A DNA stretch of 64,000 bases from assembly GCF_006345805.1 (NCBI RefSeq), contig NC_042998.1:93496001-93560000 (forward strand), given 5' to 3'. The notes below the pieces were generated by a model, which did not search any database, had not been told where the DNA came from, and saw only the letters and a program-made list of their open reading frames with translations. Shown here one piece after another: positions 12,375 through 23,197 of the stretch. Position 1 is the stretch's first letter. The number at the start of each line of letters is the position of its first letter. The translations under genes and the position numbers were made by a program. Source of the DNA: Octopus sinensis (Eukaryota).

Positions 12375-13265
12375 GGTGCGATGAGTAAATTGTCACCATT
12401 TTATATCATTTATATCTTTAATTTTGTGCGTGCGCATTGTTTGTTTTTGATTTTGTGAACAATTAAGTATAGTAGGGTTAGTTGGGCACTGTCTTTGAGA
12501 AAAACAGCACCATGACGCGATTCAGGCGGTCAGAAATTTGGAAACGACATGCTGTAATGCTTGGCATTCGCGCCGGAAGCTCCAATGCGGACATTCCAGG
12601 GTGTTCGGGTGTCAGTCTGAGGACAGTGCAGTCTGAGGACATGTACTGAGAGTGATAAAAATCAAACATCTAGTCAACATCATGGTGTTTGGTATGATCA
12701 CATGCGATGGTGACGTTATGCCTCCATTCATCTACACGGCCTCAGACTTAACACGGAGGCCTACATCAAGTACCAGGAGGAGGTAGTGGTGCCCCGGGTC
12801 AAGAGAGTGGCTGTTGGAAGACCCTATGTCTGGCAACAGGACTCTGCACCATGCCACGTAAGCAGGAGAACCCAATCATGGCTGTCAGGCAATTTCTGCC
12901 ACTACATCACCCCTAACAGCTGGCAACTTAACTCCCCAGACTGCAACACCCTTGATTATTAAGTGTGGGGCACAGTTGTGCGAGAGATCAACAAAACTCC
13001 TTGTAACACCGAAGATGAACGGAAGACAAGGATTATGGCAGCATTCACCAACTTAAACTAGGAGACCGTCCAGAAAAGTTGCAGGAGATTCCGAAGTCGT
13101 CTGGAGGCCGTAGTTGAAGCCAGTCGCGATTTTATTGAATAAATTTACTCTTCAGATTTTCAAGATATTTTTATGTAATTTTGGTAACTGTATCTGCTAA
13201 AATGAGATATCAGAGTTCTTTTCATTTTTGCGCAATTTAAACGACAGTTTATTCACCGCACTCTG
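12371..13265 (+). mobile_element. Internally deleted Tc1/mariner element of the DD37D (maT) type, dead transposase
   Basis: TA-flanked TIRs (TGAGGGTGCGATGAGTAAATTGTC and reverse-complement CAGAGTGCGGTGAATAAACTGTC). Decayed frame MVFGMITCDGDVMPPF..RPYVWQQDSAPCHVSRRTQSWLSGNFCHYITPNSWQLNSPDCNTLDY* has 37 residues between the last two catalytic D. Confidence 0.85.
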
Positions 13266-13409
13266 TATGTATATATATATCAATATTTTAACAAAAACAC
13301 AACAAACAGAAAATTCTACAAAAACATAACAGAAAATGTGTAGCTAATTCCTGATCGGTCACCGTCCATACACATACACACACACGCATACACACGTCTT
13401 TGTGTGTAT

Positions 13410-13417
13410 TGTTTGGA

Positions 13418-13502
<85 letters not shown>

Positions 13503-13510
13503 GTGTGTGT
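13410..13510. repeat. (TG)n microsatellite
   Basis: Direct reading. Confidence 0.95.
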
Positions 13511-13609
13511 CTGTGTAACTTCTACGGACTTGATATGTGGACTCTAAATACATGACTTGCAACAAACTTACATTGAGGTCAGCATGCCTACACAGGTATG
13601 CTACCACCC

Positions 13610-14067
13610 GACTTTATTTCCTCATAACTTCCAGAAAATGTATATTTTCAATGAACTCTTCTAAAAACACGCTTCAAATGGTGTAGATTCCGATAATGCC
13701 GAAAATTGGGAAATTTTTTCTAAGGATGGGTAGAAGAGTTGGGAAAATTCACACGAGTCCGATATGTTTCCTGATAAATTTTTTTTAAAATGTTTTGTAT
13801 TTTCATATCAAATCCCGATATAAATGTAATCTATAACACCTGAAAAGTATTTGTAGAAAATTTAATTACAAAATACCCATTTTTCTGAAAGCTATAAGGA
13901 AACAAAGCCGATTCATGTGAATTTCCCGAAATTTCTTTCCCCACCTCCGGAAGATATTTTCCCAACAAATTCCAATATAATCAGAATCTGCACCATCTGA
14001 AGCTTATTTATAGAAAAACTTCATATAAAAATACCCATTTTTCTAAAAGTTATGAGGAAACAAAGTC
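13610..14067. mobile_element. Foldback MITE with long imperfect inverted arms
   Basis: Ends GACTTTATTTCCTCATAACTTCCAGAAAATG and reverse-complement GACTTTGTTTCCTCATAACTTTTAGAAAATG. Inverted similarity continues inward (GCTTCAAATGGTGTAGATTCCGAT versus reverse-complement GCTTCAGATGGTGCAGATTCTGAT). Confidence 0.75.
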
Positions 14068-14301
14068 ATGTTGGGACGTATTTATGTAGTTATATCTTAA
14101 AGTCGATACTTTATATTTTGGCTTAACTTGGCCGGGTCTTTATCAATGAATGATTTTTTTTTTCTAGTTTTCATTTGACAGAATCTTTATGAATTTATTA
14201 AATTTTCTTCGATTTATGATGAAGATTCTTTATCAAAGTTAAAAAATAAATACCTTTAGTGAAAGGTCTTTATAAAGAAAAATGTCCTTCTTTGAAATTC
14301 A

Positions 14302-14304
<3 letters not shown>

Positions 14305-14360
<56 letters not shown>

Positions 14361-14501
14361 CATTATTATTAATCAAATTCCTCCGAGGCCAACTTTGCCT
14401 TTCATCTTTTCCGGGTCGATAACATAAGTACCTGTTACGCACTGGGGTCGATGTAATCGACTTAATCTCCTCCCCCAAGCTGCCCCTGTGGCAAAAGTTT
14501 G

Positions 14502-14553
<52 letters not shown>

Positions 14554-14582
14554 TATTATTATCATTATCATCATCATCATCA
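14305..14582 (+). mobile_element. 5'-truncated family B SINE (14363-14507) between (ATT)n and (ATC)n arrays
   Basis: CAAATTCCTCCGAGGCCAACTTTGCCTTTCATC body, variant tail ..GTGGCAAAAGTTTGAAATC running into (ATC)n. Confidence 0.8.
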
Positions 14583-15480
14583 TTTCTGTTTGCAAAGTTG
14601 TTGATAGTGCTAAAACGAACTTTATAAGGAGTAGACTTTATTTTGGAAGTTTGATCTTTGTCGGAAAAAGATTCGATTTTTAGAAAAAATTATTTTAATT
14701 ACTGAAGGTACACACGCAGTATTAAAATTTCGACTATGGATAAACACGATCAACTTCTTGGGGAGTAATTTATGTGGATCCACCTCAATATCTAATATTA
14801 TCGATCTAATATCTTACTGATTTACCTCAGTATCTTATTTATCGGCCTCAAAGTTAATTTGAATTGGATTTCAACTTACAATAATTAACTATCAACAACA
14901 GAATCGTGAAATCAGGAGAATAAACTTATTACTGGAATCGAAACTAGATAACTTACTACTAACTTTTCCTGCTTCATTTTAAATTGAATACTAAATACCA
15001 GTAATATTAGGTGGATGAACCAGTGCAATATTTATATTTTATTTGTTTTGTCACTGAGAATTATGAAGAAAAGCGTAAGAAAATTCAGAGATAATATGCC
15101 TCAGATGATAATATTTTCAGTTTGTCGACAAACATCGATCTAACTTGTCTTAAAAACGTGGTTGGTAGCCTAACCCAGTAGCAGCAACATAGACAATATT
15201 TCATGATTTTCTAGAAGTATTATTTCACGACATTTCACTCCTATCTTCCTTAGACAATCCCAAGTTATCCACGAGGAAATTTGTCTTTTTCTTTTTTCCG
15301 TTTTTTGTTTTCTTAGGTGGGTGAGTGGGAATAAAGTTTGATATCCTGCGTTAATCAGCAATTTCTTGGACAAGGGCTACTCACGTTACACAGCTTAATA
15401 CAGGTGAAGTCCTGTCATACAGATAGATATACCACACGAGAAAGAAAGGGAGAGAGGGGGGAGAAAGAAAGAAAGAACGA

Positions 15481-15516
<36 letters not shown>

Positions 15517-15701
15517 GGAGAGAGAATATGTGTGGGAGCGGGAGGGTAGTGCATTATTTTGATATGTTCAACGAAATTTTTTCGAAGTTAAAATTTTATT
15601 TTAATTTTTCTAGATCATATTAATGTATATTTAAAAACAAAGTTTAAGAGTTTTAGACAGATAGATAAATAAATAAATGAATGCACTTTTAATAGACTTA
15701 C

Positions 15702-16191
15702 CTAATATACTTATAGGAACGGTCTGTCTGATTGCCAGTTTGTGAGATTCTATTAATCCGAACCAGCCATTGGGATAAACAGGTGGAATATCCCCGACTC
15801 GTCTTCGCCGACGTACACCGTTAGCGATTTCTTTCATACTGAGTACACCATCGGGTACATATCCAGTGGTCCCCAGTACACGTGTCCGATCCATGTTGCA
15901 GAAGAGAAACTGGTATAGCCAGCGCAAAATACTAATCGTCACATAAGCCAGTGTGGCGTATACTCCAATACGAAATAAAAGGAAAAAGTCCAGATAATTA
16001 CGTGCAAGCAGGTCACTCCAGCCATCTGTAGTTACAGTGGAAACAGCATGCTTGCAAAATTCACCCACTTCGAATAAAGGTACAGTTAAAGTTTTAAAAT
16101 CCAGACTATCTGATAGGGCTGCCACAACAACAAGCGTTAAAAAACTCGCTGTTATGAAAGAAATTAAAACTATTTGCTTCCACATATACAT
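15702..16191 (-). CDS. nvd: Exon 1 of cholesterol 7-desaturase (Neverland/DAF-36 Rieske oxygenase): 163 codons plus 1 nt, phase-1 intron follows
   Basis: ORF 15631-16191 encodes hydrophobic N-terminal segments followed by RRRRRVGDIPPVYPNGWFGLIESHKLAIRQTVPISILG, matching the Nvd/DAF-36 motif RxxGxxPPxYPNGWF that precedes the Rieske domain. Similarity stops exactly at TTA G|GTAAGT (donor G at 15701); the ORF tail KSIKSAF... is intron read-through. Confidence 0.88.
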
Positions 16192-16757
16192 ATCGTTATT
16201 TCTTTTTTCAAATTTTCTAAAAGTATGATAATTATATACAATATATATTTATATTATATTTGTATATATATATATATATTAAAAAAAACTTCGCGTTGTT
16301 TATTGTTTGTTTTCCTCTTTTCCTTCACTTTTTTCTTCGGTTCATTTTTTTTTTTTTTCTTTTTCTTAAACTTTAAACCATTAAGGGTGGTAATAAACAA
16401 CTTCAGCAAAGCGTTTTAGAAAAATAATAATTAACAAAAAAATTACAAAAACAAAAAGAACTACACTTTTTGAAATGATGTACAACGAAACATCAATATA
16501 TAATTTTGTATTCGTGTTACTTTTTTATATATATATATGTGTATATCTAAATATACATACAAAAAGAACGAGTAGAAGCTGGTCAGATAATGTTAATGAA
16601 TTTGAAGAGACAACAAACAAAAACCGATCTACATCGAGTTAAGGTGTGTATATAAGTGTTTGTCGGAAAGTCATCGTAGTTATTACGTTAAAGTGACACA
16701 TCTAGCTTTGGTGACGAAGCTCAGTACCTGAGACAACTGCGCGCTTTACTAGTTAGG

Positions 16758-16767
16758 GTCACGTGAC
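16758..16767. promoter_or_regulatory. Palindromic GTCACGTGAC E-box (CLEAR/USF/MiT-TFE type) about 570 bp upstream of the nvd ATG
   Basis: Exact 10-bp palindrome in a locally CpG-containing patch (16736-16772) next to a pyrimidine tract. Function is inferred only. Confidence 0.45.
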
Positions 16768-17673
16768 GCGCTTTCATTTACTTCTCTCTCTCCTTTTCTT
16801 CGTCTGTCCTCTACTTCTTCCCCGGCTTTGCTTTTTTGTTTAATTCCCTTTGTTTTACAACTACTACTATTATAATAATATCCTATATGTTACTTGCCGA
16901 TGCTTTTACTTCGGCTTGACTCGTTTTCCTACGCATCTCTCTCAGTTACTTTAACACTGCGTACGTATGTGTTGATTTTTGTATTTATGTGTATACGTAT
17001 GTATGCATGTCTGTGTGTGTGTAGGGGGGTGTCCGTCTAGCTTATATTGTATACATGCGATAAGCTCTTAAAAACATTGCACTGGGAAACAAAAGCCACG
17101 CCCACAAATTTAATTGGTGGATTGATAGTTCTTCTTCCAGCCTTTTTCCCATCTCTTCTCTTTCTTTCTTCCTCTCACTCACTCACTCATTCATGCACAC
17201 TTTTTTTTTTCTTTCAGTCTCACTGTTTTCCTCTGTATGTCTTCGTCGCTATTTGTCTTGGTTCTTTGTCTGTCTTTCTCTCTCTCCTTCTTCCCCACCC
17301 GACGTTCTAAAAAGGACGAATAGTTATATTCTATAGACCCACCACCACCACTACCACTACCTACAAAGAATGGTTTGAAGGAAAACAGAATAAAAGAAAT
17401 AAAGATCGAAACATATCACAGACAAATTCTCGTGTTACGTAAGCCTAACTTTCAAGTTTTCTCTGTCTCTTTCTCTCTTTCCCGCTGTCATTCTTATTTT
17501 TTCTTCACCTGATATCGCAAAACATTTTACAGTGTTTAACGCAGTTATTAACGACGAAGGGAAGTCAATGCCGAAATCAGTCGGTAGAGCGTCGGAGAAA
17601 GAGTTTTGTGCTATGTTAGTAAAGTCTCTTTTACTTTAAGTTCAAACTTTAGGTGAGAAAGTTAAGTGCATTC

Positions 17674-18072
17674 TATTTCTTTATTACCCACAAGGGGCTA
17701 AACATAGAGGGGACAGACAAGGACAGACAAAGGTATTAAGTCGATTACATCGATCCCAGTGCGTAACTAGTACTTAATTTATCGACCCCGAAAGGATGAA
17801 AGGCAAAGTCAACCTCGGCGGAATTTGAACTCAGAACGAAACGGCAGACGAAATACCTATTTCTTTACTACCCACAAGGGGCTAAACACAGAGGAGACGG
17901 ACAAAGACAGACAAATGAACCAGTGCGTAACTGGTACTTATTTTATAGACCCCGAAAGGATGAAAGGCAAAGTCGACCTCGGCGGAATTTGAATTCAGAA
18001 AAAAAAACGGCAAACGAAATACCACTAAGCATTTCGCCCGGCTTGCTAACGATTCTGCCAGCTCGCCGCCTT
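17674..18072 (-). mobile_element. Compound SINE: family B head plus two [body + Tx1-like tail] units, ending on the Tx1-like tail; 15-bp TSD
   Basis: Tails at 17674-17731 and 17858-17915. TSD AAGTTAAGTGCATTC at 17659-17673 and 18073-18087. Confidence 0.9.
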
Positions 18073-18189
18073 AAGTTAAGTGCATTCGCCACTACACTGT
18101 TGTGGATGCTATTCCATTGAGCGGTGCGATGGATCTTTTGCTATTGTGTAGAGTCGATTTAAGCCTTTGGTATCAAATTTGGTAAGCAA

Positions 18190-18552
18190 TAGGTGTAGGC
18201 GTGGCTGTGTGGTATGAAGCTTGCTTCCCAACCATATGGTTCTGGGTTCAATCTCACTGTGGTGGCACCTTGGGCAAGTATCTTCTACTATAGCCACGTG
18301 TTGACCAAAGCCTTGTGAGTGGATTTGGTAAATGGAAACTGAAAGAAGCCCGTCGTGTATATATGTGTGTGTGTGTGCGCATGTAACCGGTGCTGGCATA
18401 TTTACATCAGCGTAACTTAGCGGTCCGGCGAAAGAAATCGATAGAATAAGTACTGGGCTTTAAAAAAAGCCCTAGTGTCGATTCGTTCGACAAAAGATTC
18501 TTCATAGCGTTGCTCCAGTATGGCCACAGTTTAATGACTAAAAGAAGTAAAG
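18190..18552 (+). mobile_element. SINE family A, full length
   Basis: TAGGTGTAGGCGTGGCTGTGTGG head through to the tail. Confidence 0.85.
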
Positions 18553-18839
18553 CAAGAAATATAAACGGGAATTATGAATGTTAGATTTACCACAAAATGT
18601 TTGAATTCACCTAATTCTGAAATCCAGTGATATATGCTATGTATATAGATATGTGTGCGTGTATGTATGTGTATGTATATATGTGTATATGTGTATATAT
18701 GCGTATATGTGTGTATATATGCGTGTATGTATATATATATATATATATGTATGCATAAATATGGATATATACACATGTGTATATATTCATATATGTGTTT
18801 ATATGTGTATATATATGTGCGTGTAAGTATATGTATATA

Positions 18840-19637
18840 CAGGGTGATTCAAAAGTCGCCATACATATGAACGATTTATCTTTTTATAAGAAACAGTTTA
18901 TAAGAACAGTTTTTTATTATACCAGTGTCGCATAACCAGCCCGCTCAAAAGTACCTTGGACCATAGGGCGACATGCCCTGCTTGAGGAGACCTATTGAGT
19001 CAAGTATATCAACATCAACATCAACATCAAAATCAAAATCAAAATCAAAATCAAATCAAATGGAAATTGTAGTTGTGACCCCCGTGCCGGTAGCACGTAA
19101 AAAGCACCATCCGAACGTGACCAATGCCAGTGCCGCTTTGACTGGCTTCCGTGCCGATGGCACGTAAAAAGCACCATCCGATCATGGTCGATGCCAGCTC
19201 CTGGCCCCTGTGCCGTAAAAAGCACTCATTACACTCTCAGAGTGGTTGTCGTTAGGAAGGGCAGATCAGATTCGGGCTTGGTGCAGCCTTTTGCCTTCCC
19301 AGACCCCAGTCGAACCGACCAACCCATGGAGAACGGACGTTAAACGATGATGAGGAGGAGGAGGCTCTATATGGTTACCATTGTTGTGAATACACATTGC
19401 AATACGTTTACCACACTCATTGTGAACTCGTAATAGCACATCTGGTGATACGTGTGCAAAGGAGTTGGTGACGTGTTCCTTCAAATGGTTTATGTCTTTT
19501 ATCTTTCCGCGATACACCATGCCTTTCAAATGCCACCAAAGATAGAAATCAAGAGGGGTCAGATCAGGGAATCTTATAAACTGTTTCTTATAAAAAAATA
19601 AAATTTTCCTATGTATGGAGACTTTTGAATCACCCTG
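18840..19637 (-). mobile_element. Internally deleted Tc1/mariner (DDxD) element with about 65-bp inverted termini, interrupted by an RTE-derived repeat
   Basis: TA|CAGGGTGATTCAAAAGTC.CCATACATA at both ends. Transposase C-terminus FPDLTPLDFYLWWHLKGMVYRGKIKDINHLKEHV..KRIAMCIHNNGNHIE. Confidence 0.8.
18920..19375 (+). mobile_element. Non-autonomous element with RTE-type 3' end
   Basis: Internal repeats of GCACGTAAAAAGCAC, an (AAAATC)n tract, GTCGTTAGGAAGGGCA and a terminal GGACGTTAAACGATGATGAGGAGG tail, all typical of RTE-clade 3' ends (from recall). Confidence 0.6.
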
Positions 19638-19643
19638 TATATA

Positions 19644-19853
19644 TTCTTTCATTCTTTTATTTGTTTCAGTCATTTGCCTGCGGCCATGCTGGAGCACTGC
19701 CTTTAGTCGAACAAATCGACCCCAGGACTTATTCGTTGTAAGCCTAGCCTAGTCTCTTTTGCAGAACCGCTTAGTTACGGGGACGTAAACACACCAATAT
19801 CGATTGTCAACTGATGGTAGGGAGACACAGACGCACATACATACATACATACA

Positions 19854-19880
<27 letters not shown>
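19644..19880 (-). mobile_element. SINE family A, 3' half ending in (TACA)n
   Basis: Family A tail and body up to the internal microsatellite. Confidence 0.8.
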
Positions 19881-19885
<5 letters not shown>

Positions 19886-20394
19886 ATATAAATATATGCA
19901 TATTTATATATTTATATATTTATATATTATAAATAATATATAAATATATGCATATATACACATATATATATGTACATGCCTACATATATATGAATCTATA
20001 CATGCATATATGGGTACAGTGCATGTCTCGTTTCTCTGTCATTTCGTTGTTCGAAAAAAAAGGGTGCGTAAGATATTTGAGGACAGATTTATGTTTATAA
20101 AAAAAAACGATATATAATAACAGATAATGACTCAATTTATCAAAATAAACCTTTTGTATAATGTTATTCTCTAAAGCCAACTTCAGCTTCAACAACTGCT
20201 TCTATATGAGATCTAAGTCATCTAAATGCTCGACTAATGGTGGTGCTCCAGCATGGCCACAGTCAAATGACTGAAACAAGTAAAAGAATTAAAGAATATA
20301 TATATATTTATTCATTTATTTATATACGCATATATATGCATATGCGTGTGTGTATGGATATATCTATCTATCTCTCTCTATATATATATCCATC

Positions 20395-20450
<56 letters not shown>

Positions 20451-20453
20451 ATT

Positions 20454-20852
20454 ATGCTTGAAGTTCCGATATCTTCAAAAACTCCAGCCAAAATATACAC
20501 GTGGCTGAAAGCGGGCTAGTGAGAGAAAATTAAAAAGACCTCATGTTAATTGTGAATTGGTTCCAGTTTCTGGATTAAAGCAAAAAATAGCTTTTTTGTC
20601 GTGAAGGAATTTATGATAGACGGTATGTACAGTTATTTGGGCTTATATATCCTTTCCCAGTGTATTGTGTTGACGAAGGAAAAAGCTTTTTTCTTTTTCT
20701 TTTTTTCTTTTTTTGCTTTAGTCCAGAAATTGGAACCAATTCACAATTAACGTGAGGTCTTTTTAATTTTCTCTCACTAGCCCGCTTTCAGCCATGTGTT
20801 TATTTTAGCTGGAGTTTTTGGTAGTTTTTGAAGGTATCGGCACTTCAGGCAT
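20454..20852. mobile_element. Foldback element with near-perfect inverted arms of about 130 bp
   Basis: 20454-20587 versus 20710-20852, e.g. GCTGAAAGCGGGCTAGTGAGAGAAAATTAAAAAGACCTCA and its exact complement. Confidence 0.85.
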
Positions 20853-21102
20853 GCTGGAGAAAGATCATTTTCGCCTGATCTCCCTTAATATAATTATATA
20901 CATATGTACATTATTATTAATTTAATGTATTACTGGCCTATAAATTTTTATAGCATGCTGACTACTTGATAAAATCATTAATGTGATTTTTATGCTTATA
21001 TTCTTTTACATATAAATACATATATAAATATATACAACCATGCATATGTGTGTGTATGTATATGTGTGTGTGTGTGTGTGTATTTGTATATACATATATT
21101 TG

Positions 21103-21114
<12 letters not shown>

Positions 21115-21186
<72 letters not shown>

Positions 21187-21188
21187 AG

Positions 21189-21268
<80 letters not shown>
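21115..21268. repeat. Graded compound microsatellite (TA)n(GA)n(GACA)n(GATA)n
   Basis: Direct reading. Confidence 0.95.
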
Positions 21269-22205
21269 GGAAATTCTACCAAACGGAATATTTGAGTAAT
21301 GACTATCGTTTTTACGTTTCTCTTGCAAGAAGGTGTACTCAGAGATAAAGGTCTGCATCAAACACGTCGAAGCAATTCAAAGTTAAATGTCTCTCTTGAT
21401 TATGGCAGCCTTAACACTAGCAATGTGTTGGGGAAGAGAGATGAGAGGTGAGGGTTGATGTGGAAACAAATTCCATCAATATCACATTCATCTTTGTGTG
21501 TCAGTGTGTTTAAGAGTGCGTATATGCGTGTCAATACTTAAAATGAAAAAGGAAAATGTCTACTAATCAGGAGTAGAGAAAGATTACATTTCATCAATGA
21601 GAAACTTTAGCTATAACTAAAGAGCTGGAAAGAGAAGCTTGTGGCGTTTAGGCCATGCTTTATGCTCTCATTGAAAACAGAATGGCGTGAAAGGCGGCCG
21701 GCATTATAATGGCATGACAATGGGTAGAGACCGAAAGAATCCACTGTAGATCCACAGCGTCATTGGTGGGGTCCACAGATCGGGAGGCAAGCCTTAGCGA
21801 AATACCGACGTGCATGTTTGCCACACCGTATAACTGCATGGGACTATATCTATTTAACTTTTTTATGTTTTTGCATGTCTATTTATCCTTCTCTTTACCT
21901 ACAAATATCTGTCTACATTTTTAGCAGGGCGATCCTTTCACTCAAGTCAGTCGTTATGGTATATACCGGAGATGACGGTTTGAATAAAACATATCAAAAA
22001 TTTAAAGGAAATATATGTTCCTCTTTAATAAAAGCAAAACACAAAGTCTGGCAGACACACAATGTAAGAGTGCGTCTTTGATGCAGTTCTGAGAAAATGC
22101 CACTCTAACGTGTAAAACTGCGACACTTACTCAAATTTCCACTTGTAACTTTTGCATGAGCTAGCGTACAGACACAATTGCAATTGATCATTAAAGTTGT
22201 GTTAT

Positions 22206-22243
<38 letters not shown>

Positions 22244-22245
22244 GA

Positions 22246-22305
<60 letters not shown>

Positions 22306-22782
22306 CACATCTTTAATGATCAGTTACAATTGTTTGTTGGACTAAACGGTAATGGCATATTTAGTGTTCGATTCCAAAAAGTTGTTTTGACTTTCATCAC
22401 TATTTGTCGAGGAATTCATTCGTGATATTTTAAAACTTATTTAAACTATCTGCAAATCTATCTTTTCTCTGCAGAAGTGGAGTTTTGTCAAAAAGTTTAA
22501 TACTAATAACCGAGTTATGAAAGGCGTTTAGTATGAGAAGAAAGCGACCATTACTTGATGTCTATAGAATGCTCCAAATTTACGTTACTTCAGTTAAGAT
22601 CAATATGCAACGCAAGTGAAACAGACTTGGAGCATTTCAAGCTATATGAGTAAGAAGGAAGTTGCACTACAGAGGAAAAAACACGAGAGAGGGAGATATA
22701 ATGATTCATTTCAATGCAGAGTTAAAAATTTGGTTAAGTGCTAGCAACGAGTTTTAGACATATTCTCTTCTGAGACGATCTA

Positions 22783-23197
22783 TACTCTCTTTACTCTTTT
22801 ACTAGTTTCAGTCATTTGACTGCGGCCATGCTGGAGCACCGCCTTTAGTCGAGAAAATCGACCCCGGGACTTATTCTTTGTAAGCCCAGTACTTATTCTA
22901 TCGGTCTCTTTTGCCGAACCGCTAAGTGACGGGGACGTAAACACACCAGCATCGGTTGTCAAGCAATGCTAGGGGGGACAAACACAGACACACAAGCACA
23001 CACACATATACATATATATATATACATATATACGACAGGCTTCTTTCAGTTTCCATCTACCAAATCCACTCACAAGGCATTGGTCGGCCCGGGGCTATAG
23101 CAGAAGGCACTTGCCCAAGATGCCACGCAGTAGGACTGAACCCGGAACCATGTGGCTGGTTGGCAAGCTACTTACCACACAGCCACTCCTGCGCCTA
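22783..23197 (-). mobile_element. SINE family A, full length, young
   Basis: Close to the family consensus end to end. Confidence 0.9.

Noticed and set aside
12034-12458. YIYIY, HTHT and CVCV ORFs here and at 18.5-18.9, 21, 29-31, 43, 55.4-56, 59 and 60.7-61.8 kb
   Set aside because: Stop-free translation of dinucleotide microsatellites.
15631-15701. C-terminal part of the 186-aa ORF
   Set aside because: Lies after a consensus GTAAGT donor where Nvd similarity stops; intronic.
19266-19697. 143-aa ORF containing a transposase C-terminus
   Set aside because: Accidental read-through across three elements (SINE tail, deleted Tc1/mariner, RTE-derived insert); lacks the DNA-binding domain and most of the catalytic triad.
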